This document shows, one piece after another, positions 8,110 through 18,466 of a stretch of 64,000 nt of DNA (positions are counted from its first letter, which is position 1; the number at the start of each line of letters is the position of its first letter). Position numbers and translations under genes: made by a program. The notes under the pieces were generated by a model that did no database searches, was not told the DNA's origin, and was given only the letters and a program-made list of their open reading frames with translations. The stretch comes from a virus. The DNA lies in IMG/VR virus record IMGVR_UViG_3300030104_005963. One strand, given 5' to 3'.

Positions 8110-10610
8110 TGCGTTTTTATACTAATGTTCAAATGGTCGGGGATCACTTCTTGGTTCGTGGTTATGAAAATGGTCGCCATTTTGCAACCCGTGAGAAGTT
8201 TTACCCGACTCTTTTTGTTGAGTCTAATAAGAAAACAAAGTATCAAACTCTACAAGGTGAATATGTAGAATCTATAGAACCTGGAACCGTTCGTGATTGT
8301 CGTGAGTTTATCAAACGATATGACGGTGTAGATAACTTCAAGATTTATGGTAATGACCGATACATCTATCAGTATATTTCTGAGATGTATCCCGAAGAAG
8401 AAATTAAGTTCGATACTCAAAAGATTAAGATTGCCACCATTGATATTGAGGTTGCATCAGAGAACGGATTCCCCGATGTAGAATCTGCCGCCGAAGAAGT
8501 TCTTTTGATTACGATTCAAGATTACTCTACAAAACAGATTCGCACTTGGGGAAGGGGTCAATTTCTAAATAAACAAGAGAACGTTATTTACAAGGGGTTT
8601 CGTACAGAATACGAACTGCTGACTGACTTTATTAACTGGTGGATGATTGAGGGAAATACTCCTGAAGTTGTTACTGGATGGAATAGTGAACTGTACGATA
8701 TTCCATATTTGGTTCGTCGTATTGATCGCATTCTTGGTGAGAAACTCATGAAGAGACTTTCTCCATGGGGACTTGTAACTGAACGTGAAATTTACATTGT
8801 AGGTAGAAAAAATATTGCGTATGACATCGGCGGTGTCACTCAACTCGATTACTTGAATCTTTATAAGAAATTTACTTATAAGGCACAAGAATCTTATCGT
8901 CTTGATTATATTGCCAGTATTGAACTTGGGCAAAAGAAACTAGATCACTCTGAGTTTGATACTTTTAAAGACTTCTATACTAAAGGGTGGCAGAAGTTTG
9001 TAGAGTATAACATTATTGACGTGGAACTTGTTGACCGAATGGAAGACAAGATGAAACTAATTGAACTTGCCATTACGATGGCGTATGATGCAAAGGCAAA
9101 TTATGCCGATGTCTTTTCACAAGTTCGTATGTGGGATACAATCATCTATAATTATCTGAAGAAAAGAAACATTGTAATTCCTCCTAAAGAACGTTCTGAT
9201 AAGGACTCAAAATATGCAGGTGCTTATGTTAAGGAACCGATTCCGGGAAAGTACGATTGGGTTGTGTCTTTTGACCTTAATAGTCTCTACCCTCATCTTA
9301 TTATGCAATACAACATCTCTCCAGAGACGTTACAGGATACCCGACACCCAAGTGCAACAGTTGATAAAATCCTTAATGAGGAACTAACATTTGAGATGTA
9401 TAAGGACAGTGCGGTATGTGCTAATGGTGCCATGTATCGGAAGGATGTTCGTGGGTTCTTGCCAGAATTGATGGAGAAGATCTATAAAGATCGAACCATT
9501 TATAAAAAGAAAATGCTTCAGGCAAAACAAGATTATGAAAAAACTCCAACGAAGGCACTGGAAAAGGAAATTGCCCGATGCAACAACATCCAGATGGCAC
9601 GAAAGATTCAGCTCAACTCTGCATATGGTGCTATTGGTAATCAGTATTTTAGGTATTATAAACTGGCAAATGCTGAAGCAATTACTCTCTCAGGTCAAGT
9701 TTCGATTCGATGGATTGAAAATCGTATGAACGGATACCTAAATAAACTTTTACAAACAGAGGGGGAGGATTATGTCATTGCATCTGACACTGACTCCATC
9801 TATCTTAATATGGGACCTCTTGTTGATAAATTTTTTAGTGGTAAGTCTGGCGATAAAACAGCAATTGTTTCGATACTTGACAAGATCTGTGAAGACAAGT
9901 TGGAACCATTCATCGAACGATCTTATTCGGACCTTGCGGATTACGTTCAGGCATATGAACAAAAAATGATTATGAAGCGTGAAAATATCGCAGAACGTGG
10001 TATTTGGACCGCAAAGAAACGTTATATCCTTAATGTATGGAATAGTGAGGGAGTTCAATATTCTGAACCTAAACTCAAGATGATGGGTATTGAGGCAGTT
10101 AAATCATCTACACCGGCACCTTGTCGTCAGATGATTAAAGATGGTCTGAAACTGATGATGAATGGTACTGAGGAGGATGTCATTAAATTTATTGATGACT
10201 GTAGGGTTAAGTTTAAGTCTCTTCCTCCAGAAGAAATTGCATTCCCTCGTTCAGTATCGGATGTGGTTAAGTACAAATCACATTCCAGCATCTATGCAAA
10301 GGGAACACCTATTCACTGTCGTGGAGCACTTCTTTTTAACCACTATATAAAAGAACATAAATTGACTAATAAGTATTCCCTTATTAATAATGGTGAAAAG
10401 ATTAAATTCATTTATCTAAAAAAACCAAATATTATCCAGGAAAATGTCATTTCATTTATCCAAGATTTTCCCAAAGAACTTGGTCTTGACAAGTACCTTG
10501 ACTATGACTTACAATTTGAAAAGAGTTTTGTAGAACCACTCAAGGCAATTCTTGATGCCATTGGGTGGAATGTTGAAAAAACCGTAAACTTAGAATTATT
10601 TTTTGCATAA
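8109..10610 (+). CDS. gp43: Family B DNA polymerase gp43
   Basis: Exonuclease DIEV/YNIID; polymerase motifs SFDLNSLYP, KIQLNSAYG, ASDTDS, KKRY. Uninterrupted, 833 aa. Confidence 0.99.
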   Translation: MRFYTNVQMVGDHFLVRGYENGRHFATREKFYPTLFVESNKKTKYQTLQGEYVESIEPGTVRDCREFIKRYDGVDNFKIYGNDRYIYQYISEMYPEEEIKFDTQKIKIATIDIEVASENGFPDVESAAEEVLLITIQDYSTKQIRTWGRGQFLNKQENVIYKGFRTEYELLTDFINWWMIEGNTPEVVTGWNSELYDIPYLVRRIDRILGEKLMKRLSPWGLVTEREIYIVGRKNIAYDIGGVTQLDYLNLYKKFTYKAQESYRLDYIASIELGQKKLDHSEFDTFKDFYTKGWQKFVEYNIIDVELVDRMEDKMKLIELAITMAYDAKANYADVFSQVRMWDTIIYNYLKKRNIVIPPKERSDKDSKYAGAYVKEPIPGKYDWVVSFDLNSLYPHLIMQYNISPETLQDTRHPSATVDKILNEELTFEMYKDSAVCANGAMYRKDVRGFLPELMEKIYKDRTIYKKKMLQAKQDYEKTPTKALEKEIARCNNIQMARKIQLNSAYGAIGNQYFRYYKLANAEAITLSGQVSIRWIENRMNGYLNKLLQTEGEDYVIASDTDSIYLNMGPLVDKFFSGKSGDKTAIVSILDKICEDKLEPFIERSYSDLADYVQAYEQKMIMKRENIAERGIWTAKKRYILNVWNSEGVQYSEPKLKMMGIEAVKSSTPAPCRQMIKDGLKLMMNGTEEDVIKFIDDCRVKFKSLPPEEIAFPRSVSDVVKYKSHSSIYAKGTPIHCRGALLFNHYIKEHKLTNKYSLINNGEKIKFIYLKKPNIIQENVISFIQDFPKELGLDKYLDYDLQFEKSFVEPLKAILDAIGWNVEKTVNLELFFA

Positions 10611-11614
10611 TGGATTTTCTTAAAGATATAGTAAAAGAGATTGGAGATGAGTACACAAAACTCGCAGCAGACATTGACGAAACTGAAACATTTGTTGATA
10701 CAGGTTCGTACATTTTTAACGGACTTGTTTCAGGGTCTATATTTGGTGGTGTATCTGGGAATAAGATTACTGCCATTGCTGGGGAGTCTAGTACTGGAAA
10801 AACTTTTTTCTCTCTTGCCGTCGTCAAAAATTTTCTGGATTCTAACCCTGATGGGATGTGTCTATATTTTGATACTGAAGCGGCTGTTAATAAGTCTTTA
10901 CTCGCAAGTCGTGGGGTAGATCTAAATAGGACGGTAGTCGTAAATGTAGTCACAGTCGAAGAATTTCGTAGCAAGGCACTGAAGGCTGTAGACATATACT
11001 TAAAAAAACCTGAAGACGAACGCAAACCACTAATGTTCGTGTTAGACTCTCTAGGTATGCTTTCGACTGAGAAAGAAATTACTGATGCACTCAATGAAAA
11101 ACAAGTTAGGGACATGACTAAATCCCAACTTATTAAAGGTGCCTTTCGTATGCTCACTCTCAAGTTGGGTCAAGCAAACATTCCAATGATTGTCACAAAT
11201 CATACTTACGATGTTATCGGTTCTTATGTTCCTACAAAAGAAATGGGTGGTGGTAGTGGTCTCAAATATGCTGCGTCTACGATTATCTATTTGTCTAAGA
11301 AAAAAGAAAAAGATGGAACAGAAGTTGTCGGAAATCTTATCAAGGCAAAGACTGCTAAGTCACGTTTAAGTAAGGAGAACAAGGATGTTACAGTGCGTCT
11401 GTATTACGATGAGCGTGGTCTTGATCGATATTATGGTCTTCTTGAGTTGGGAGAACTCGGTGGTCTCTGGAAAAATGTGGCAGGTCGTTATGAGATGAAT
11501 GGTAAAAAAGTATATGCAAAAGCAATTTTAAAAGATCCAGAAGAATACTTCACCGAAGAGGTGATGCAAAAACTAGATCAAATAGCACAACAGGAGTTCA
11601 GTTATGGCGCATAA
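10610..11614 (+). CDS. uvsX: RecA-like recombinase UvsX
   Basis: Walker A GESSTGKT, YFDTE, VLDSLG, GGGSGLKYAAS. Confidence 0.97.
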   Translation: MDFLKDIVKEIGDEYTKLAADIDETETFVDTGSYIFNGLVSGSIFGGVSGNKITAIAGESSTGKTFFSLAVVKNFLDSNPDGMCLYFDTEAAVNKSLLASRGVDLNRTVVVNVVTVEEFRSKALKAVDIYLKKPEDERKPLMFVLDSLGMLSTEKEITDALNEKQVRDMTKSQLIKGAFRMLTLKLGQANIPMIVTNHTYDVIGSYVPTKEMGGGSGLKYAASTIIYLSKKKEKDGTEVVGNLIKAKTAKSRLSKENKDVTVRLYYDERGLDRYYGLLELGELGGLWKNVAGRYEMNGKKVYAKAILKDPEEYFTEEVMQKLDQIAQQEFSYGA

Positions 11615-11741
11615 AAACGAAAAAAGATTTAAAGAAACTGATAAAGGAGAAGACTTTATTAAAAGAGGAATGACTCTTATTACCGAACCCGAAAGTGATT
11701 ATTATTTGAATAAATGGAAAGAATTGAAACAACGATCCTAA
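11604..11741 (+). CDS. Small hypothetical protein (45 aa, not in ORF track)
   Basis: MAHKNEKRFKETDKGEDFIKRGMTLITE...* bridges uvsX and gp41. Confidence 0.45.
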   Translation: MAHKNEKRFKETDKGEDFIKRGMTLITEPESDYYLNKWKELKQRS

Positions 11742-13087
11742 GAAACCTTGTTTTTGATGAAGACTATGCACGAAAGGTAATTCCTTTTATACAACCAGAT
11801 TTTTTTGAAGTTAAAACTGAAAAGACTATCTTTCAGGAGATAGTTCATTTTATTGTAAAATACAATTCTACTATTACTCAGGAAGCACTTCAGATTGAGA
11901 TTGATAATCGAACTGATCTCACTGAAGAAGAAATCAAACAATCCAGAGACATTGTAAGTTCCCTACATAATTCTTTGGTGGAGATTCAGTGGTTATTAGA
12001 TACCACTGAAAAATGGTGTCGTGATCGTGCAATTTATATTGCTCTTATGGAATCTATTCACATTGCCGATGGTAATGATGAAAAGAAAAATCGTGATGCT
12101 ATTCCTAGCATTCTTTCTGAGGCACTTGCTGTTTCTTTTGACAACCACATTGGACATGATTACCTACAAGATTATGAAGAACGATATGAATCTTATCACC
12201 GCAAGGAGGACAAAATTGAATTCGATCTCGAATACTTTAACAAAATCACGAAAGGTGGTTTACCTAACAAGACTCTTAACATCGCGCTTGCTGGTACAGG
12301 TGTCGGCAAGTCTTTATTCATGTGCCATGTTGCTAGCTCCGTGTTGCTCCAGGGGAGGAACGTTCTCTATATTACAATGGAGATGGCAGAAGAGAAGATT
12401 GCTGAACGAATTGACGCCAACCTCCTCAATGTCCCGATCCAGGACTTGACCGATCTTCCAAGGTCATCATTTGAAAATAAAGTTACCAGACTAGCAGAAA
12501 AAACTCAGGGGTCTCTTATAATTAAAGAATATCCCACTGCTTCTGCACATAGTGGACATTTTAAGGCACTTCTTAATGAACTTGCACTTAAGAAGTCATT
12601 TAGACCTGATATTATTTTCATTGATTACCTTAATATATGTGCTTCCTCAAGATATAAGTCAGGTGTTTCTGTCAATTCATATAGCTATATTAAAGCTATT
12701 GCAGAGGAACTTAGAGGATTGGCTGTTGAGGCAAACGTCCCTATCGTTTCTGCCACGCAGACCACTCGTTCTGGTTATGGTAGCAGTGATGTTGATATTA
12801 CTGACACTAGTGAATCCTTTGGTCTCCCTGCTACTGCTGATCTTATGTTTGCCCTTATTAGCACAGAGGAGTTGGAACAGTTGGGACAGATTATGGTAAA
12901 GCAGTTGAAGAATCGATATAATGATCCTACTATTTTTAAGAGATTTATTGTAGGTGTTGATCGTGCTAAGATGCGACTCTATGATTGTGAGCAAAAAGCA
13001 CAAGATGACATACTTGACTCCGGAAACGAAGAGGAGTATAATGATGAGGAACGAAAGAAATCATTCGAGGGATTTAATTTTTCATGA
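11714..13087 (+). CDS. gp41: Replicative DNA helicase gp41 (DnaB family)
   Basis: Walker A AGTGVGKS, YITMEMAEE, IDYLNI, ATQTTR, KNRY. Confidence 0.98.
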   Translation: MERIETTILRNLVFDEDYARKVIPFIQPDFFEVKTEKTIFQEIVHFIVKYNSTITQEALQIEIDNRTDLTEEEIKQSRDIVSSLHNSLVEIQWLLDTTEKWCRDRAIYIALMESIHIADGNDEKKNRDAIPSILSEALAVSFDNHIGHDYLQDYEERYESYHRKEDKIEFDLEYFNKITKGGLPNKTLNIALAGTGVGKSLFMCHVASSVLLQGRNVLYITMEMAEEKIAERIDANLLNVPIQDLTDLPRSSFENKVTRLAEKTQGSLIIKEYPTASAHSGHFKALLNELALKKSFRPDIIFIDYLNICASSRYKSGVSVNSYSYIKAIAEELRGLAVEANVPIVSATQTTRSGYGSSDVDITDTSESFGLPATADLMFALISTEELEQLGQIMVKQLKNRYNDPTIFKRFIVGVDRAKMRLYDCEQKAQDDILDSGNEEEYNDEERKKSFEGFNFS

Positions 13088-13488
13088 CTGTAAATACTGA
13101 CGCATATCTTGAGTTTGTAGATGCCGTTACATCACAACCCAGTAAAAATGCAGATGCATTTGAATATCGTATTCAAGAACTTCGTGGAGAAGGATTTGAA
13201 ACTTGGAGACTTCTTACTGCTGCCGTAGGTATGTCTGCAGAAGCAGGTGAGTTTACTGAGGTCGTCAAAAAAATTATCTTTCAGGGTAAACCTGTCAATG
13301 AAGAAAATATGTTTCATCTAAAACGTGAACTAGGTGACATCATGTGGTATGTTGCTCAGGCATGTATGGGACTTAATATTTCTCTTGATGAGGTTATTGA
13401 AATGAATGTAGACAAACTCAAGTCTAGATATCCTGGTGGAGAGTTTGATGTCCACTATTCAGAAAATCGCAAAGAAGGAGATCTATGA
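13084..13488 (+). CDS. mazG: MazG-like nucleoside triphosphate pyrophosphohydrolase
   Basis: EAGEFTEVVKK, ELGDIMWY, KLKSRYP. Confidence 0.92.
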   Translation: MTVNTDAYLEFVDAVTSQPSKNADAFEYRIQELRGEGFETWRLLTAAVGMSAEAGEFTEVVKKIIFQGKPVNEENMFHLKRELGDIMWYVAQACMGLNISLDEVIEMNVDKLKSRYPGGEFDVHYSENRKEGDL

Positions 13489-13631
13489 CCAAAAAATCAA
13501 AGAAGAACTCAAAGGGTGATACTTTTGAGTGGGAAGAGACTGAAGAAATGCGAAAGGCAGTAGAAAGACTTCATGAAACTATTCGTGAACTTGAAAAGAA
13601 AAATGCACCTGATTATGGAGTTGGGAAATGA
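13485..13631 (+). CDS. Small hypothetical protein (48 aa, not in ORF track)
   Basis: MTKKSKKNSKGDTFEWEE...; SD GAAGGAG and ATGA overlaps at both ends. Confidence 0.55.
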   Translation: MTKKSKKNSKGDTFEWEETEEMRKAVERLHETIRELEKKNAPDYGVGK

Positions 13632-13825
13632 AAAATATTCACAATGGAAGATTAGATTTTGATGATATGGAACTTCTTCAATTAGAGTTCTATGTAAATG
13701 AGATGGAGAAATCCTGTTCAATGGGTGGAGAACTTCGTCGTCATCAATCCATCTATACTAAAATTAAAAAGGAACAGGCACGACGTAATCTTATTAAACT
13801 TGAAAACATTGCACTTGGAAAATGA
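13628..13825 (+). CDS. Hypothetical protein
   Basis: Tiled 65-aa ORF. Confidence 0.55.
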   Translation: MKNIHNGRLDFDDMELLQLEFYVNEMEKSCSMGGELRRHQSIYTKIKKEQARRNLIKLENIALGK

Positions 13826-14034
13826 AACTATTAACACTTGAAGATTATCAAAAAGCAGGAGAAACATTCTGGCCTAAGTACTGGTATGTTGCCAAAGAAC
13901 TTGGAGAGGATGCTAAACCTGAGCAGGTTCTTAAAGTAATGGAAGCAGTTGGTGGACTTGCACTTAAACTTGCATTAGATGAAAAAGAAGGTCCCTTTGG
14001 ATTTAATAAAAAGGAGGAAGATGCTGATGAATGA
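13822..14034 (+). CDS. Conserved cyanophage hypothetical protein
   Basis: FWPKYWYVAKELGE..KPE.VLKVME pattern. Confidence 0.65.
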   Translation: MKLLTLEDYQKAGETFWPKYWYVAKELGEDAKPEQVLKVMEAVGGLALKLALDEKEGPFGFNKKEEDADE

Positions 14035-14263
14035 ACATCCAGAAATTGCCGAGTATGAATGGATCGATGACTGTTTTCGTGTATGGGAAACAAGATTCGG
14101 TCTGTGGTCAAGTGAAACCAAACAAGGTCGTAAAATGATGACCGGTCCTACAAGAGATTCGGTTGTCATTATGACTCGATGGCATCTTAAATGTGAACAG
14201 GAAGGAACCCTTCATTTGTATACCAGAGTTGTTGGTGATGCTTTTGTCAGTGGAAAACTTTAA
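14027..14263 (+). CDS. Conserved cyanophage hypothetical protein
   Basis: SD AAGGAGG at 14011-17; WIDDCFRVWETRFGLW. Confidence 0.6.
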   Translation: MNEHPEIAEYEWIDDCFRVWETRFGLWSSETKQGRKMMTGPTRDSVVIMTRWHLKCEQEGTLHLYTRVVGDAFVSGKL

Positions 14264-14300
14264 CTTTTAGTTAGTTTAAATAAATACCTAAAAAAGTATA

Positions 14301-15599
14301 ATGGCAAAAAGTCTCCTTGATACAGACCTTTATACTAAGGTAGTTACTGTTATCAACGACAACCTTTATGATCTGGGTATGTCGATTGACGATAAAAGAA
14401 CTGAAGGATCATACATTTATATTATGTGTGATGAGGATAGACTTGAAACTCAAGAATCCTTGGAAATGGAAATTGAAAGAATTTCTGGACTCCGATGTAG
14501 TAGAAAATATGTAAAGTCAAAGTCATCAACTGATTTAACTGAGGTTGATGGTTTTAGCAAAAAAGTCAATATTGTATTTAAAAACACCAGGGGTGGGATG
14601 CAGGAAACCACCCTTAATTCTACTATTACTGAATTGTTCCCAGCGATTGCTTTTGAAGCGGGTGTCAGCACAAATCTTGAACCTGCCGTGTTTTACAATA
14701 AACTTGTAGAAGCAAATAATCCAAAATTTGGTGCGTATAAAAATAAGAGTGCATATGAAGCTGGCAAACCTTTTTTAGATAAAGCACCGACTTCTTCCAA
14801 GTTTGAAGAAAAAACAATTAATGCTCAGGCAATTACTAGATGGTTGATCGGTGAAAATAAAAGAAAAAAAATTGCAAAAGTTGTTTGGGGGTATCGTAAT
14901 AACTTGAAACCAGAGGGAGTTGCACCTAATCATAAGGGAGATATTTTTGCTGTTTTTGATGATGGAAGTATTTTAGGCATTTCTCTTAAAGCTGGTGGAG
15001 CAAAAACTGCTGAACCACAATTCAATAGTTATGTTAGACCTATCTTCACTTCTTTTGGAATGCTTAATGATTATACAAAACTTGAAAAAAAATCATATGA
15101 AACTTTCTATAAAGGAATTCCCAATATAACTCAACAAAACACTTATGGAAAACAGACAATGACAAAGGTTATAGGTGCTTTTGAAAAGATGAATCCAAAA
15201 CAATATGAAATGTTATATGATGCACAGTTGGAATTTGTTAGACAGTATATTTGTGATATGATGAATAAGTATCCAGTAAAGGCAAAAAATTGGTTACTTC
15301 GTGAAGTTGCTGCAGAACAGGAAGGAGTTCCTCTTATTGTTTTAAAAGCTGCTGGTAGTGATACACAAGTAATTAATGATGAAAATATAATTAAAGATTG
15401 TGTTCAGACATCTAAAAAAGCAAATGGTATAAAGGCATATCCATCGAAGACATCAAAACAAAATTGGCATATTGATTTAACTTGTAGAACACATACTACA
15501 ACTTTAAATTTTTCAATTAGAACAAATAAAACTGGAATAAGTCATAAACTTGGACAATATATTAATCTTGCGGTCAAATTTAATGGTATAAAAAAATGA
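14301..15599 (+). CDS. Putative PD-(D/E)xK-fold nuclease-like protein
   Basis: 432 aa; ITELFPAI (helix Glu), then KGDIFAVF..GISLKAG resembling a D-x(n)-S/E-x-K active site. Confidence 0.45.
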   Translation: MAKSLLDTDLYTKVVTVINDNLYDLGMSIDDKRTEGSYIYIMCDEDRLETQESLEMEIERISGLRCSRKYVKSKSSTDLTEVDGFSKKVNIVFKNTRGGMQETTLNSTITELFPAIAFEAGVSTNLEPAVFYNKLVEANNPKFGAYKNKSAYEAGKPFLDKAPTSSKFEEKTINAQAITRWLIGENKRKKIAKVVWGYRNNLKPEGVAPNHKGDIFAVFDDGSILGISLKAGGAKTAEPQFNSYVRPIFTSFGMLNDYTKLEKKSYETFYKGIPNITQQNTYGKQTMTKVIGAFEKMNPKQYEMLYDAQLEFVRQYICDMMNKYPVKAKNWLLREVAAEQEGVPLIVLKAAGSDTQVINDENIIKDCVQTSKKANGIKAYPSKTSKQNWHIDLTCRTHTTTLNFSIRTNKTGISHKLGQYINLAVKFNGIKK

Positions 15600-15826
15600 A
15601 CTCACAAATACTTGACTTGATAAAGTCCTTTGAACCGAATTCAAAAAATGGTAGAGATAATTATGAGCAACTTCTTATTCATATCTATCATACTTTTGAT
15701 AAAAGAATTAACTTCACAAAGTCTCAGACATTAAAAGATAAATATAAACATATGCGTCAAGGTGCATTAGAATACATTGTATTGCACAAACAACAGGTAA
15801 TAAGAGAATTAAGTAAAAGGAAGTGA
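15596..15826 (+). CDS. Hypothetical protein
   Basis: Coupled 76-aa ORF. Confidence 0.6.
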   Translation: MNSQILDLIKSFEPNSKNGRDNYEQLLIHIYHTFDKRINFTKSQTLKDKYKHMRQGALEYIVLHKQQVIRELSKRK

Positions 15827-16983
15827 TGAAGAATTTTTTTCAATTTTTATCTGAATCAACTGCAGTCCAGCAGGCAAAAAGAATGGGACTGGTTGGTGAT
15901 GGTCATGGTGGATGGTATGATAAGAAGGGTGAGTTTGTAGCAAAAACTGAGAAAGGACAACTTAAGTTTTATAATAAAAGGCAACGTGTTGGTAAACAAG
16001 ATCCACCAAATACTGATACCGAGAAAAGATTATCTCAGGCAACTTCAAGTAGTGAAATTCAAGAACCACAAGGTCCGCCTGAAGTTGAAAAAACAAAAGG
16101 AACTTTGACCGTTGCTTTTGGTAGATTCAATCCTCCTACCACAGGACATGAAAAACTTTTGGATACAGTCGCATCAAGTTCTGATGAAGGTGACTATATT
16201 ATTGTCCCATCACGTAGTCAGGATAAGAAAAAGAATCCTTTAGATCCTGATACTAAAGTTGAGATTATGAAACAAATGTATCCTGGTCATAGTGGCAAAA
16301 TTGTAAATGATCCTGGTAATAGAACAATTTTTGATGTACTGAAGAAAGCACATACTGATGGATATGCCGGAGTTCGTATTCTTGGTGGTGCAGATAGAGT
16401 AAAAGAATTTGAAAAACTAGCAAATGATTATAATGGTAAACTTTATAACTTTGATAATGTAGAAGTTCTTTCTGCTGGAGATAGAGATCCTGATTCTGAA
16501 GGAACAGAAGGAATGTCTGCATCAAAACAAAGAAAGGCAGCTGCCGAAGGTGATTATAATTCTTTCAGAAAAGGTGTTCCGACATCTATGAACGATAAAC
16601 AAGCAAAGGAGTTATATAATACTCTTCGTACTGCAATGGGTATTAAAGAAGGTTGGAGTCTTTGGCAAATTGCACCTAAGTTTGATTGGAAAAATCTTCG
16701 TGAAAATTTTGTAAAGAAAAACATTTACAGGGTTGGTGATATTGTAGAAAATCTCAATACTGGTCTGGTTGGTAAGATTATTCGTAGAGGCACTAACTAT
16801 CTTATCTGTGTCACCGAAGATGATATTATGTTTAAGTCTTGGATTAAAGATGTAACCGATGTGTCTGGTGTTCCTGCAAATCAAAGAGAAGTTGGAACCG
16901 ATGCTCTTCGTAAGTATGCAGAGACTATGGTGAAGGGTTCTAGTTGGGGCAGGCAATTCATAAATAAATATAAGAAAAAGTAA
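15823..16983 (+). CDS. Cytidylyltransferase-like (HIGH-class nucleotidyltransferase)
   Basis: AFGRFNPPTTGHEKL (HxGH-type motif), KNPL, GADRV, MSASK. Confidence 0.8.
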   Translation: MMKNFFQFLSESTAVQQAKRMGLVGDGHGGWYDKKGEFVAKTEKGQLKFYNKRQRVGKQDPPNTDTEKRLSQATSSSEIQEPQGPPEVEKTKGTLTVAFGRFNPPTTGHEKLLDTVASSSDEGDYIIVPSRSQDKKKNPLDPDTKVEIMKQMYPGHSGKIVNDPGNRTIFDVLKKAHTDGYAGVRILGGADRVKEFEKLANDYNGKLYNFDNVEVLSAGDRDPDSEGTEGMSASKQRKAAAEGDYNSFRKGVPTSMNDKQAKELYNTLRTAMGIKEGWSLWQIAPKFDWKNLRENFVKKNIYRVGDIVENLNTGLVGKIIRRGTNYLICVTEDDIMFKSWIKDVTDVSGVPANQREVGTDALRKYAETMVKGSSWGRQFINKYKKK

Positions 16984-16993
16984 TTGTCTTCAG

Positions 16994-18466
16994 ATGGATA
17001 AACCTGCACAACAGGCACCTGGTGCTAATGATAAAGTAAGAAAGGCTGCTAGACAGTTAGCATACGATGTTCGATATAAAGTAAAAGGTCAGTTTAAGGA
17101 CGGACAAAAAACTGATCCTGCTTCACTGAAGCGTGCTTATATGCAGCAACTGGGTAAGTCTCCGGCACCTGGTCCTGTAAAGGCACTTGCTAAAAAGATG
17201 CTGATTGGCGAAGAATATGATTTTGTAAATCTTAATGATACTGCCAGTGATGCTGTTCTTAGTGTCTTTGAAAAAATCTTTGAAGGGGCAGAAGGAAGTA
17301 AGTATACTGTAAGAGTTAAGGATAAGAAAACTGGTAAGTCTTATCTTAGAAAAGCAGATCGTGCTAAGATTGCAGAACTGAGAAAGAATCCTAATATTGC
17401 TTCTGTAGAAATTGCCGGTAAGAGTGCTGCAGAACCTAGTACTTATGATAAGACTGGAAAGGGTAAGAAAGCTGCTAAAGATTATGATGGTGATGGAAAA
17501 ATTGAGTCTGGAACCGCAGAGTATATGGGTTCCAGAGATAAGGCCATTAAGAAGGCAATGGCAAAAGAAGAGTTTATTGGTGAAGTTGCCGAAGGTGAAC
17601 AGAAGGAAAAGAAACTTGATATAATGAAGGGTAAGAATAAGGTTGTTGTAAATCCACCAATGAATGAGCAACAATCTGAGATGGATAAATCCAAAACTGG
17701 ACCTTCTCCAGAGGATAAGAAGCAACTTGACAATAAGAAGAAGATGCTTCAGAAAAAAATGATGATGCAGAGGCAGACAATGCAAATGCAAAGACAGGGA
17801 AGACTTCCTTTAAATTATAGTGAAGAAAATGAAGGAAATGGTGCATGTTTAAAATGTGGAGAGATTCATGAAGGATCATGTGAACCCAAATCCAAAGAAA
17901 TGAAGGATGCTCCTGATTCTAGAGGAAATTATGCCATGATGAACTTGATTAAAAATAAATTGAGAGCAAGAGGACTTAAGATGTCTTATGATATGGAGGG
18001 AGATTTAGTTGATGAAGCAATGCGTCCTGGTGAACGTCAAAAAAAAGTAGCAGCAAAAGTGCATGATCCATCTGCATCATCTAAAACTCGTGCAGTTGCC
18101 CATAATGTGGCAGTCCGTAATGATGGACCTGGAACTCCTGGTTATGAAAAAAAATCAACTGGCGGAAAGGGTGCTAGATTTGCAGGATATGGTGATCAAG
18201 GTGCTGGTAATAAAGCACGTCGTCGTGCAGGACAAGAACCACTGAGAGGTGATACTCGTAAGGAATCAACCGAAGATTCTTTAAGAGATCGTCGTATGGA
18301 ACGTGGTGGTGTTGATGGAAACGTAAGATATGATAAATCTGCTAAGAATGTAGCAATTGGTTCTGCCAAGAAAAAATATGATGGAATGTCTGCACTTGAA
18401 AAAGTGAAGGCAGATATTCGTGCCAAGCACGGTAAAGGTGCTATTATGGACACCAAGAAGAAGTAA
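16994..18466 (+). CDS. Low-complexity Lys/Glu-rich protein, possibly virion-internal
   Basis: 490 aa of basic blocks separated by acidic EE sites; DYDGDGK loop. Confidence 0.6.
   Translation: MDKPAQQAPGANDKVRKAARQLAYDVRYKVKGQFKDGQKTDPASLKRAYMQQLGKSPAPGPVKALAKKMLIGEEYDFVNLNDTASDAVLSVFEKIFEGAEGSKYTVRVKDKKTGKSYLRKADRAKIAELRKNPNIASVEIAGKSAAEPSTYDKTGKGKKAAKDYDGDGKIESGTAEYMGSRDKAIKKAMAKEEFIGEVAEGEQKEKKLDIMKGKNKVVVNPPMNEQQSEMDKSKTGPSPEDKKQLDNKKKMLQKKMMMQRQTMQMQRQGRLPLNYSEENEGNGACLKCGEIHEGSCEPKSKEMKDAPDSRGNYAMMNLIKNKLRARGLKMSYDMEGDLVDEAMRPGERQKKVAAKVHDPSASSKTRAVAHNVAVRNDGPGTPGYEKKSTGGKGARFAGYGDQGAGNKARRRAGQEPLRGDTRKESTEDSLRDRRMERGGVDGNVRYDKSAKNVAIGSAKKKYDGMSALEKVKADIRAKHGKGAIMDTKKK

Noticed and set aside
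10540-11163. 207-aa minus-strand ORF
   Set aside because: Fully antisense to uvsX and gp43, with no motif or RBS; a codon-bias shadow.
17123-17791. 222-aa hydrophobic minus-strand ORF
   Set aside because: Antisense shadow of the Lys/Glu-rich gene; AAG/GAA codons read as Leu/Phe on the other strand.
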